Assembly: GCA_965263035.1 (NCBI GenBank)
Contig: OZ253580.1
Span: forward strand, 2,112,001-2,176,000
DNA from: Acidobacteriota bacterium
GTDB taxonomy: Bacteria; Acidobacteriota; UBA6911; RPQK01; JAJDTT01
Length of the DNA: 64,000 nt
Reading direction: 5' to 3'
Shown: positions 17,521 to 25,892 of the stretch, piece by piece
How positions within the stretch are numbered: position 1 is the first letter of the stretch
How the letters are laid out: each line of letters starts with the position of its first letter
Made by a program: the position numbers and the translations under genes
The notes under the pieces: model-generated
The model's database searches: none
What the model saw: the letters and a program-made list of their open reading frames with translations, nothing else
Told to the model about the DNA's origin: nothing

Positions 17521-19044
17521 ATGAAGGATCTCTCGACTCGATCGCTGCTCTGGGCATTTCTGGCGGTTGCCGTTGCGTCTTACACGACCGGCGCCCCGGC
17601 GCCCCAACCGGAAGGGAGCTCCCCGGAGGTTCTGGAGATTGGAAGCCGCGTGGAGCTCTTCGTGGACCGGTATCTCATCGACGTCATGGACGATGTCGAA
17701 CTGGAGCTGGGGCAACCTCAGCCCCGGGAGAAGGTATTCCGGTTCGACCAGCCCTGGGAGGGCAACACGCCGGCTCATATCGCCATCTTCCGGGACGGCG
17801 ACGTCTACCGCATGTACTACCGGGGCAGCGCGAACAACGACTACATCATCCGGGAGGAACTGCTTCCGGGAGAAAAGATCGTTCCCCAGCATCCGAAAGT
17901 GAGTTGCTACGCCGAAAGCCGGGACGGCATCCGCTGGACCCGGCCCTCTCTGGGCCAGGTGGAGTTTCAGGGGTCCCGGGACAACAACATTCTGGACCTG
18001 GGGGGCGTTACCAAGTTCAATCCCTTCCGCGACGAGAACCCCGAAGCTCCCGAATCGGCCCGTTACAAGGGGATCGGCTTCTACCGGACCGTCCCCGGCG
18101 CCCCGCCCCACTCAAAGCAGAGAGGCTTGGTCCCCCTCCAGTCCCCCGACGGCGTTCACTGGACCTGGATGGCGCCGGAACCGGTCATCACCGACGGGTA
18201 TTTCGATTCCCACAACGTGGCCTTCTGGGACGGCGTCCGGGGCCATTACGTGGCGCTGTACCGAGACTTCGCCCACGGGGTGCGCACGCTCAAATACGCC
18301 ACCTCGAAGGACTTCGTTCAATGGACCCCGGGCCGGTGGGTCGACTACGGAGACGCCCCTCAGGAACATCTCTACACCAACGCGACGGTCCCGTATTTTC
18401 GCGCGCCCCACATCTACGTGGCCTTTCCCAAGCGGTTCGTGCCGTGGCGAGCCCCGCAGCATTACGACTACGCGAGCGCCACCGAGCGGCCGGGGCTCTC
18501 CGAGGGGGTCTTCATGAGCAGCCGCGATGGTCTGCACTGGCATCGATTCCTGGAGGCCTTCATCCGGCCCGGACGGAACCGGCGGAACTGGATCCACCGG
18601 ACCAACTTCGTGGGCCGCGGAATCATCCGGAGTGCAGACGACGAGATTTCATTGTACGTGACCCGACACTACACCTATCCCAGTGTCCACATCCGGCGGA
18701 TGAGTCTGAGGCTCGACGGGTTCGTCTCGGTCAGTGCCGGCCATCCCGGAGGCGAGTTCACGACGCGGCCCCTGATCTTCCAAGGGGAGAACCTGGTGTT
18801 GAACTACGCCACGGCGGCGGCGGGAAGCATTCAGGTGGAGATCCAGGATGCGGGCGGAAAGCCGCTGGCCGGCTTTGCCCTCCAGGACTCGATCCCCATC
18901 TGGGGAGACGAGATCGAGGGTGTGGCCCGCTGGCGCCGGGCCGACAACCGGGACCGGGATCAGCTCCGACGCGTGGCCGGGATGCCCGTGCGCCTGCGGT
19001 TCGTCATGACCGACGCCGACCTCTTTTCGTTGCGATTCCGTTGA
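17521..19044 (+). CDS. Secreted glycoside-hydrolase-like beta-propeller protein (paralogue 3)
   Basis: Same motif set: ELFVD, DQPWEG, YAESRDG, FDSHNVAFWD, EHLYTN, FPKRF and LRLDGFVS. Confidence 0.8.
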   Translation: MKDLSTRSLLWAFLAVAVASYTTGAPAPQPEGSSPEVLEIGSRVELFVDRYLIDVMDDVELELGQPQPREKVFRFDQPWEGNTPAHIAIFRDGDVYRMYYRGSANNDYIIREELLPGEKIVPQHPKVSCYAESRDGIRWTRPSLGQVEFQGSRDNNILDLGGVTKFNPFRDENPEAPESARYKGIGFYRTVPGAPPHSKQRGLVPLQSPDGVHWTWMAPEPVITDGYFDSHNVAFWDGVRGHYVALYRDFAHGVRTLKYATSKDFVQWTPGRWVDYGDAPQEHLYTNATVPYFRAPHIYVAFPKRFVPWRAPQHYDYASATERPGLSEGVFMSSRDGLHWHRFLEAFIRPGRNRRNWIHRTNFVGRGIIRSADDEISLYVTRHYTYPSVHIRRMSLRLDGFVSVSAGHPGGEFTTRPLIFQGENLVLNYATAAAGSIQVEIQDAGGKPLAGFALQDSIPIWGDEIEGVARWRRADNRDRDQLRRVAGMPVRLRFVMTDADLFSLRFR

Positions 19045-19063
19045 ACCGGAATCTCGATCGAGA

Positions 19064-20539
19064 TCACAACGTCCAACCGGACCGGAATTCCCGCCGTAGC
19101 AGCGCGTCAGCCTCCGGAGAGTTGGTGACCCGCAGGTTATCGGCGTCCCAGTCGAGCTTGGCTCCGGAGCGGTAGGCAACGGCACCCAGGTTGACCGCCT
19201 CCGAGAGGGGGCCGGAATAGCCGAAGTGGCTGCTCGTTGGGCTCCCTGTCTTGCAGGCGGCGATCCACTCGGCACGATGGCCGACTTCAGCCGTTCGACG
19301 CCACTCCGGGTGATGCTTGTAGGCCGCCATCCACTGAGCGTGGCGGCCGATTTCCGCACCGATGGACGGGGGAATGCTCGGCTTGGGCGGTTCGAAGTTC
19401 GCGAATTTTTTCTCAGGCCAGAGCATCCGCTGGGGGTAGTTCACCCACAGCATTCCCTCGGTGCCCACGAAGACGCCCCAGGCCCAGTCGGGGAAGGCGT
19501 TTTCCGCAAAAACCGGCGGCGGTTGACTGCCTTGCGTCCAGGCCAGGGTGACCGGCGGCATCTCTCCGCGGGCCGGGAACCGGTAGCGGACCTGAAGCCG
19601 CTCAGGAACCGTCTCAGGGTGCGGTGGCGGCCCCTCGGCCTCCACCGAGATCGGATAGCGGAGATTCAGGGCCCAGAAGGCCAAGTTGAAGTAGTGGGTG
19701 GCGGCGTTGCCGAGACTGCCAGTCCCGAAATCCCACCAGCGCTGCCAGTTGCCGCCGCAACCGCGAGAATAGGTGGGGTGATAGGGGCGGTAAGGCGCCG
19801 ACCCCACAAATAGATCCCAGTGAAGCCCTTTGGGGACGGGCGGCGTCTCCGTCGGGCGATCGATCGTGCTGCGTCCCGAGCGGACCCAGATATGGCATTC
19901 CTCCACCTCGCCGATGGCTCCGCCGCGGATCAGCTCGACGATGCGGCGGAAGTTGTCCGAGGCGTGGATCTGGGTTCCCAATTGGGTCGCCACCTTCTGC
20001 TCGGCGGCTACCTTGGCCAGCATGCGGGCCTCGTAGACCGAGATGGCTCCCGGCTTCTCGCAGTAAACGTGCTTGCCGCGCCGCATCGCCGCAACACTGG
20101 CCGGCGCGTGGGTGTGGTCCGGAGTGGTCACCACCACGGCGTCGATCTCGCGGTCCAACTCGTCGAGCATCTGCCGGTAATCGTGGAACTTCTTCGCTCG
20201 CCCATAGCGGGCCAAGGCGGCCCCCGGAGGATTCCGGCGCTTGGGAGCCGAAGCCGCCGCCGACCGCTCGTCAGTGTCGCAGAGAGCGACGATGTTCTCC
20301 CCGGTCATCTCCGGACGTGAAGCCGGCTTGACTCTCATGCCCGACCCGTACTCCACGTTCTCCCCGGCCATGTGGGTGAGGTTCCACGCCCCCATGCCGC
20401 CGACTCCGACCACGGCGATGTTGAGCTTTTCGTTGGCAGGGTAGCCCCAGACCGAACGGCTGTCGCGGAGAATCACCAACCCTGCCGCGGCGCGGCCCGC
20501 AGTGCTGAGAAAACGCCGGCGCTTCCACTGGTTCGTCAT
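19064..20539 (-). CDS. Gfo/Idh/MocA oxidoreductase with Tat signal
   Basis: KRRRFL; IAVVGVGGMG; TPDHTH; HVYCEKP; WWDFGTGSLG. Confidence 0.92.
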   Translation of the reverse strand: MTNQWKRRRFLSTAGRAAAGLVILRDSRSVWGYPANEKLNIAVVGVGGMGAWNLTHMAGENVEYGSGMRVKPASRPEMTGENIVALCDTDERSAAASAPKRRNPPGAALARYGRAKKFHDYRQMLDELDREIDAVVVTTPDHTHAPASVAAMRRGKHVYCEKPGAISVYEARMLAKVAAEQKVATQLGTQIHASDNFRRIVELIRGGAIGEVEECHIWVRSGRSTIDRPTETPPVPKGLHWDLFVGSAPYRPYHPTYSRGCGGNWQRWWDFGTGSLGNAATHYFNLAFWALNLRYPISVEAEGPPPHPETVPERLQVRYRFPARGEMPPVTLAWTQGSQPPPVFAENAFPDWAWGVFVGTEGMLWVNYPQRMLWPEKKFANFEPPKPSIPPSIGAEIGRHAQWMAAYKHHPEWRRTAEVGHRAEWIAACKTGSPTSSHFGYSGPLSEAVNLGAVAYRSGAKLDWDADNLRVTNSPEADALLRREFRSGWTL

Positions 20540-20842
20540 CGTTTCTTCTCCATCAGTATCCGGCCATTCCGTGAGAATCGACCTGGCCATCGGGTGAGTG
20601 TTGGAAATCCATTATGAAGGTGGCATGGAACTTGGACAACTCAGCAATATTGCTCCAACGCCCGGATCTGGGTCAATGGGCGTGCGGTTCTGGACTTTCC
20701 CCATTTGGGGGAACTCCTGACTTCCGGTTCCATAAGACTCTCCCGGCCGAGGCATACCGGGGGTCCGGAGGGCGCGTACTGCAAGATCGTATCGGTTCCA
20801 GCCGGGATTGACGCGCGGCCCCGTTTGGCCATGCCAAGCTAG

Positions 20843-21000
20843 CAGCCCGTGGCAAAAGTCGCCACGGCATCCGACCGTCCCTGCATCCCGGCGGACTGCG
20901 TTGCTATCGGCTCACATACTCCCGGTATGCTCCCTCATCGCGCCTGGTCCGGCGGGCGCAGGAACGGTCTCGGTGCTCGCGGGACTTTCACCACGGACTG
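20843..21000 (+). mobile_element. 158-bp palindromic MITE family A, copy 1
   Basis: TIRs CAGCCCGTGGCAAAAGTC / GACTTTCACCACGGACTG; CTAG on both flanks (20839-20842, 21001-21004). Confidence 0.88.
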
Positions 21001-21189
21001 CTAGGCGTTATAAAATGTCTTTCTGATGGTGATGCGTCTGCTGGGCCGGGCCAGAGGCGGGCCGACTCAGGAAACGATGCCCTCCCCTGGAGCAGCGCGG
21101 ATTCCGCTCTGGTCAGTGACTCCGGTAGGAACTCCGATGCTGCGTGGTTGATGGGAGAGAGGTTAGATTGGGCTGACGTGGAGGCCAAC

Positions 21190-21447
21190 ATGGGGACTAC
21201 CCGCAAGAATATCACCGTTACGGAGCAACAAGACAAATGGATCAAGGCGCAGATCGATGGCGGTGATTTCACCACTGACAGCGAATATATCCGCGATTTG
21301 ATCCGCCGCGACCAAGCCCGCCGGTCCGAGATGGATGCGATCCGGGGAGCGTTGATCAGGGGCGAAGAAAGCGGACAACCACAAGCGTTCAACGGCGACC
21401 TGTTCAAAGAGCAAATGGCCGCCAAACATGCCCGAAAAGTTCGCTGA
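21190..21447 (+). CDS. parD: ParD-family antitoxin (CC2985-type ribbon-helix-helix)
   Basis: RKNITVTEQQDKWIKAQIDGGDFTTDSEYIRDLIR...GEESG; overlaps parE. Confidence 0.9.
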   Translation: MGTTRKNITVTEQQDKWIKAQIDGGDFTTDSEYIRDLIRRDQARRSEMDAIRGALIRGEESGQPQAFNGDLFKEQMAAKHARKVR

Positions 21448-21730
21448 ATATCGATTAGCGCCGGAAGCCAAGCGCGACCTTGAAGCCATCTGGCTCTATA
21501 CGCTCGAAGAGTGGGGGCTGGAACAGGCTAATCGTTACACGGATGAATTGACGGACGTTTTTGCTCAACTTGCCGTTAGGCCGCAACTAGGAACAGCTTG
21601 CGATCACATCCGCACAGGGTACAGCCGCAGCAGGGTAGGGCGACACGTTGTCTATTACCGCATGACCGAATACGGAATTGCCGTGATTCGCATATTGCAT
21701 GATCGGGTGCTACCAACGCGGCACTTGTAG
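21428..21730 (+). CDS. parE: ParE/RelE-family toxin
   Basis: YRLAPEAKRDLEAIWLYTLEEWGLEQANRY...IRTGY...HVVYYR...IRILH. Confidence 0.92.
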   Translation: MPEKFAEYRLAPEAKRDLEAIWLYTLEEWGLEQANRYTDELTDVFAQLAVRPQLGTACDHIRTGYSRSRVGRHVVYYRMTEYGIAVIRILHDRVLPTRHL

Positions 21731-21789
21731 GTGCCCAAGTTCCAGATTTTTCTGCATGAATCCGGTTGGGCGGACACAAGTGGATGCGT

Positions 21790-21948
21790 GAGACGGCACA
21801 GGATGTGGCATTCATGCGCGGTCGCCATTCTTGTATTTCCTCGCTCACCGAGATCTTGAACGCTCAGAAACGAATCCTGACTCTGGACAGAGACTTTCAA
21901 ATCTATAGCCTCGCGGGTAAACGCTCCATTGAGGTCAGTCCATCGTAG
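21790..21948 (+). pseudogene. C-terminal fragment of a PIN/VapC-like toxin
   Basis: ILTLDRDFQIY resembles the PIN C-terminal TxDxDF motif; no intact N-terminus. Confidence 0.5.
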
Positions 21949-22082
21949 CCCGCGATGACAGGCATCCGGAGCACCGGTTCCGGAAATACGCGCCGGTCGA
22001 ATGACCCGACATCTTCCATCGAGGGCTCTTTGCCATCAACACTCGACTCGGTGATTCTGCCAGGGGAACCGTATACTGAATC

Positions 22083-23783
22083 ATGCTCCGCATTCTTCTC
22101 CTGCTGAGCATCCGATTCTTGGACGTCGCCCCTGAGGCCGGCCTCGATTTCCGCCACCACAGCGGGAGTCCCGAGAAGAAGTACATCCTGGAGACCATCG
22201 GCGGGGGGGTCGCCTGGATCGACTACGACCGGGACGGCTGGCCCGACCTCTATCTGGTGAACGGGGGCAAGTGGGACGAGTTGCTGGCCGGCACGAGGTC
22301 CGTCTCCAACGCCCTCTACCGCAACAACGGCGACGGCACTTTCACCGACGTCACGGCCGGGTCCGGCCTCACTAGTCCCCATTGGGGTATGGGAGCCACG
22401 GTAGGCGACATCGACAACGACGGCTGGCCCGACCTCTACCTGTGCAACTTCGGTCCCAACATCCTCTACCGCAACAACGGCGACGGCACCTTCAGCGACG
22501 TTACCGCCGCCAGCGGTGCCGGGAACCCCCGCTGGAGCTCGTCGGCCGCCTTCAGTGACTACGACGGGGACGGCTGGATCGATCTCTATGTGACCAACTA
22601 CGTCGAATTCGACCCCCATTCCCCGCGTCCTCCCGAGTGCGGCTACCGGGGAATCACGGTCCATTGCGGCCCCAAGGAGATGGCAGCCGCCCCCGATGCG
22701 CTCTATCGCAACCGCGGGGACGGGACCTTCACCCAAATGACTTCCGAGGCGGGCATTGAGGTGCCGCCCGCCTACGGCCTCGGGGCCGTCTGGGGCGACT
22801 ACGACAACGACGGGGACCCGGACCTCTACGTCGCCAACGACTCCATGGCCAACTTCCTGTTCCGGAACCGCGGCGACGGACGTTTCCTGGACGTGGCGGC
22901 GCTGGGAGGCGTCGCCTACAACCAGGACGGCCGGGAACAGGCGGGCATGGGCGTGACCTTCGGCGACTATGATCGGGACGGCTTTCTGGATCTGTACGTC
23001 ACCAACTTCTCCGACGATTACCACACCCTTTACCGCAACCGGAGAGGAAAACTGTTTCGGGACGTCACCTACGCCGCGGAGGTGGCCTTCCCCAGTTGGC
23101 AGTTCCTGGGATGGGGGGTCCACTTCGCCGATCTGGACAACGACGGCTGGCTCGACCTGTTCGTTTCCAACGGGCACATCTACCCGCAGGTGGACGGCTA
23201 CGAGACGGGCACCCGCTTCGCCCAGCGAAAGCTCCTGTTTCGGAATCAGGGGAACGGAAAGTTCCGGGAGACGGCCGGGGAATGGGGCGAAGATCTCTCG
23301 CGGCCGTGGTCCAGCCGGGGCGCGGCCTTCGCCGACTTCGACAATGACGGCGATCTGGACGTGGCCGTCAACAACCTGGACGCGCGCCCCTCGCTCTTTC
23401 GCAACGAGGGTGCCGCAAACGCCGGACACTGGCTGAACCTGGCTCTGGAGGGAGGACCATCAAATCGGAGCGCCATCGGCACCCGCGTCATTCTTCAGAC
23501 CGGCTCCTGGAGCCAGTTGCAGGAGGTCCAGGGAGGATCCAGCTACCAGGCCACCAACGACTTCCGGCTCCATTTCGGCTTGGGAGAGTTGACGGAGGTA
23601 AAGCAATTGGTCGTCCGGTGGCGAAGCGGAGCGGTACAAACCTTCGAGGGGGTCGCGTCCGATCTCCATTTTCGTCTGGAGGAAGGCGGGAAGCTTGAAC
23701 CCCTTCCCCTCAAGGGACGAAAGGTGCGCGGCAGAACGTACTCATCCCGTACTGACGGTAGCGATACGGGACCCGCTCAATAA
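22083..23783 (+). CDS. CRTAC1-family FG-GAP repeat protein with C-terminal ASPIC/UnbV domain
   Basis: Repeated DYD.DG..DLY and YRNNGDGTF.DVT; C-terminal SNRSAIGTRV...GGSSY...LHFGLG. Confidence 0.93.
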   Translation: MLRILLLLSIRFLDVAPEAGLDFRHHSGSPEKKYILETIGGGVAWIDYDRDGWPDLYLVNGGKWDELLAGTRSVSNALYRNNGDGTFTDVTAGSGLTSPHWGMGATVGDIDNDGWPDLYLCNFGPNILYRNNGDGTFSDVTAASGAGNPRWSSSAAFSDYDGDGWIDLYVTNYVEFDPHSPRPPECGYRGITVHCGPKEMAAAPDALYRNRGDGTFTQMTSEAGIEVPPAYGLGAVWGDYDNDGDPDLYVANDSMANFLFRNRGDGRFLDVAALGGVAYNQDGREQAGMGVTFGDYDRDGFLDLYVTNFSDDYHTLYRNRRGKLFRDVTYAAEVAFPSWQFLGWGVHFADLDNDGWLDLFVSNGHIYPQVDGYETGTRFAQRKLLFRNQGNGKFRETAGEWGEDLSRPWSSRGAAFADFDNDGDLDVAVNNLDARPSLFRNEGAANAGHWLNLALEGGPSNRSAIGTRVILQTGSWSQLQEVQGGSSYQATNDFRLHFGLGELTEVKQLVVRWRSGAVQTFEGVASDLHFRLEEGGKLEPLPLKGRKVRGRTYSSRTDGSDTGPAQ

Positions 23784-23896
23784 GAAGGCACTCGAACAAG
23801 CTCCGCCATTCCACCGCTTCCTGGGAGTCTCTTTCGTGCCACGAACCCTCCAATGAACCCGTATTCCGACTGATACTCGCTTCGTGTAACAGAGTC

Positions 23897-24151
23897 TCAC
23901 GTATAAGCGGGGTGCGGTTCGGCGGTGGTAATCCGAACGACATGGACGCCATCAACACATTCTACTTCTGTCACTGCTGATTGGATCGCGTCGGCCCGGG
24001 TGGCCGCTTCGCGGTCAAAGTCCAGATATTGGATACCGTCGGTCCGACCAACCGTCGCGTCGTCGCATCCCGCTTCGAACAACGCGTCGATGAACGCATC
24101 ATCCTGCAGGTCGGGGCCATCGACAATCAGTGTGAAATGGTGGATTGGCAT
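23897..24151 (-). CDS. Putative HicB-like antitoxin (N-terminal domain only)
   Basis: FTLIV...DALFEAGCDDATVG...LDFDREA...AIQSAV; directly downstream of the HicA-like gene. Confidence 0.65.
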   Translation of the reverse strand: MPIHHFTLIVDGPDLQDDAFIDALFEAGCDDATVGRTDGIQYLDFDREAATRADAIQSAVTEVECVDGVHVVRITTAEPHPAYT

Positions 24152-24172
24152 CTATGGTTCCTCTCGTACTTT

Positions 24173-24406
24173 TCACTCCCATTCGTGTGGGCAACGTCTG
24201 ATGGCACGCCGTAGTTGGTTGGCATGAGCACCAGCATTGCGGGGAGTGGACCAGATCGAGACTTGGCACCCCGAGCGACTGGTCTCTCCGCATCGCATCA
24301 CACCCCAACGATGCCCGGAGGGTGTGGGCGTCACCGTCCAGTCGGCCACCTCGGCTTCGGCAAGGGCGCTCTCAACGTCCTTCTTCGGGTGTCTCGCCCT
24401 GGCCAC
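24173..24406 (-). CDS. Putative HicA-like toxin
   Basis: HPKKDVESAL..AE...W......SGHRWG...C...C.VSIWSTP.N...HA.QLRR; small basic protein with a GxH motif. Confidence 0.65.
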   Translation of the reverse strand: MARARHPKKDVESALAEAEVADWTVTPTPSGHRWGVMRCGETSRSGCQVSIWSTPRNAGAHANQLRRAIRRCPHEWE

Positions 24407-24611
24407 GTTTCCCCTGCCAGCAACTCAGTTCCGCAATTGATGGCGGGAAAAATCGTTCGTCTTCATCTTACCCGCTGGGCCGTGCAGTTTCTTCAACTTC
24501 CAGGTTCGGTGAGGGGGATCCGGTGAAAGGCAGAACCGTTAGCGATCATCCCGGGTCCGGCCTGTTGCAACGCCGCCTCGACTGTGATTGATTGCCGGTA
24601 GAGGAGACCCC

Positions 24612-25892
24612 ATGAACGGCGTCACCGCCTTCGTCTTTACCGCCGTCTTCCTGGCGGGACCGCTCCGGGCGCAGGCGCCTCGATTCACGGAACACCTGAT
24701 CCAGGACGGCTACACCTACACCTACGGAGTCGCGGCCGGTGACCTGGATGGCGACGGCGACGTGGACCTGACCAGCGCCGACGCCTTCGGACACGACTCC
24801 CTCTACTGGTTCCAGAACGACGGGACCGGGAACTTCACGAGATTTCTCATCCAGAAGGACGATCCCGAGCGGCTGGAACGCCATTCCCTGGGGGACGTCG
24901 ACGCCGACGGGGATCTGGACCTGGTCATCGTCAAGAACCTGTACGGCGACCTTCTCTGGTTCCGGAACAACGGGACGCCCCAGGACGGGAAGCTCTGGCA
25001 GAGGGTCGTCCTCACCCAGGGCATGCCCTACGCCTACGACGTGGTGCTGGGCGACCTGGACGGCGACGGGGATCTGGATGCGGCCGCTTCCGGCTGGAAG
25101 GGGAGCCACTTCTACTGGTTCGAGAATACCGGATGGCCCGGTCGGGGAGGCTGGCCCAGGCACGGAATCGAGAGCAACATTCGCGGCCGTGACAACGGAC
25201 CCTCCAGGACCCGGACCATGCGGGCCGGAGACTTCGATGGGGATCGGGATCTGGACCTTCTGGGGACGGCACCCGACGCCGACCTCATCATCTGGTATGA
25301 GAATCGGCGCTCCACGGCGACCGAGGCGTCCTGGCCGCGCTTGAGGACGGCGCCCGTGGTCTGGACCAGGCATGTCGTGGACGATCGCACTCGCTATCCT
25401 ATCCACGGACAGCCGGTGGACATGGACGGCGACGGCGACCTGGACATCCTGATGGCCATGGGAATGCACGGGAAGCCCGGAGACGCGACCACCCATCAGA
25501 TCGCGTGGTACGAGAACAACGGGACCCCGGCGGCAGGCGCCTGGCCCAAGCATTTGGTCCGCGACGGCTTCCAGGACGCTTTCGAGGTCGTGGCGGGGGA
25601 TCTGGACGGCGACGGCGACCTGGACGCGGCGGCCACTTCGTGGCGGTCCCCAGGGCGGGTGGCGTGGTTCCGGAATCACGGGCGGAGGGGTGAACCCTGG
25701 TCCATGCACCTCCTGAAGGAAAACTGGCGGAGCGCCAATCAGATCCTGATCGCCGACCTGGACGGCAACGGCCGCCTCGACGTCGTGGCCTGCGCCGAGA
25801 AGGGCACCCAGGAACTGCGTTGGTGGCAAAACCAGGGTCCGTCGCCGAGGGACGATCCGCCGAGCCGCTCCCAGGCCAGCGGATCTCAATGA
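24612..25892 (+). CDS. Secreted FG-GAP/VCBS repeat protein
   Basis: Signal peptide; seven GDLDGDGD.D repeats, each followed by W(F/Y)xN. Confidence 0.9.
   Translation: MNGVTAFVFTAVFLAGPLRAQAPRFTEHLIQDGYTYTYGVAAGDLDGDGDVDLTSADAFGHDSLYWFQNDGTGNFTRFLIQKDDPERLERHSLGDVDADGDLDLVIVKNLYGDLLWFRNNGTPQDGKLWQRVVLTQGMPYAYDVVLGDLDGDGDLDAAASGWKGSHFYWFENTGWPGRGGWPRHGIESNIRGRDNGPSRTRTMRAGDFDGDRDLDLLGTAPDADLIIWYENRRSTATEASWPRLRTAPVVWTRHVVDDRTRYPIHGQPVDMDGDGDLDILMAMGMHGKPGDATTHQIAWYENNGTPAAGAWPKHLVRDGFQDAFEVVAGDLDGDGDLDAAATSWRSPGRVAWFRNHGRRGEPWSMHLLKENWRSANQILIADLDGNGRLDVVACAEKGTQELRWWQNQGPSPRDDPPSRSQASGSQ

Noticed and set aside
20620-20636. Sigma-54-like TGGCAT-N5-TTGG
   Set aside because: Lacks the conserved -12 GC and has no nearby downstream gene start on that strand
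23800-24450. TCCGCCATT and ATGGCGGG flanking the HicAB-like pair as att half-sites of the island integrase
   Set aside because: Partner half-sites and matching 7-bp overlaps are absent
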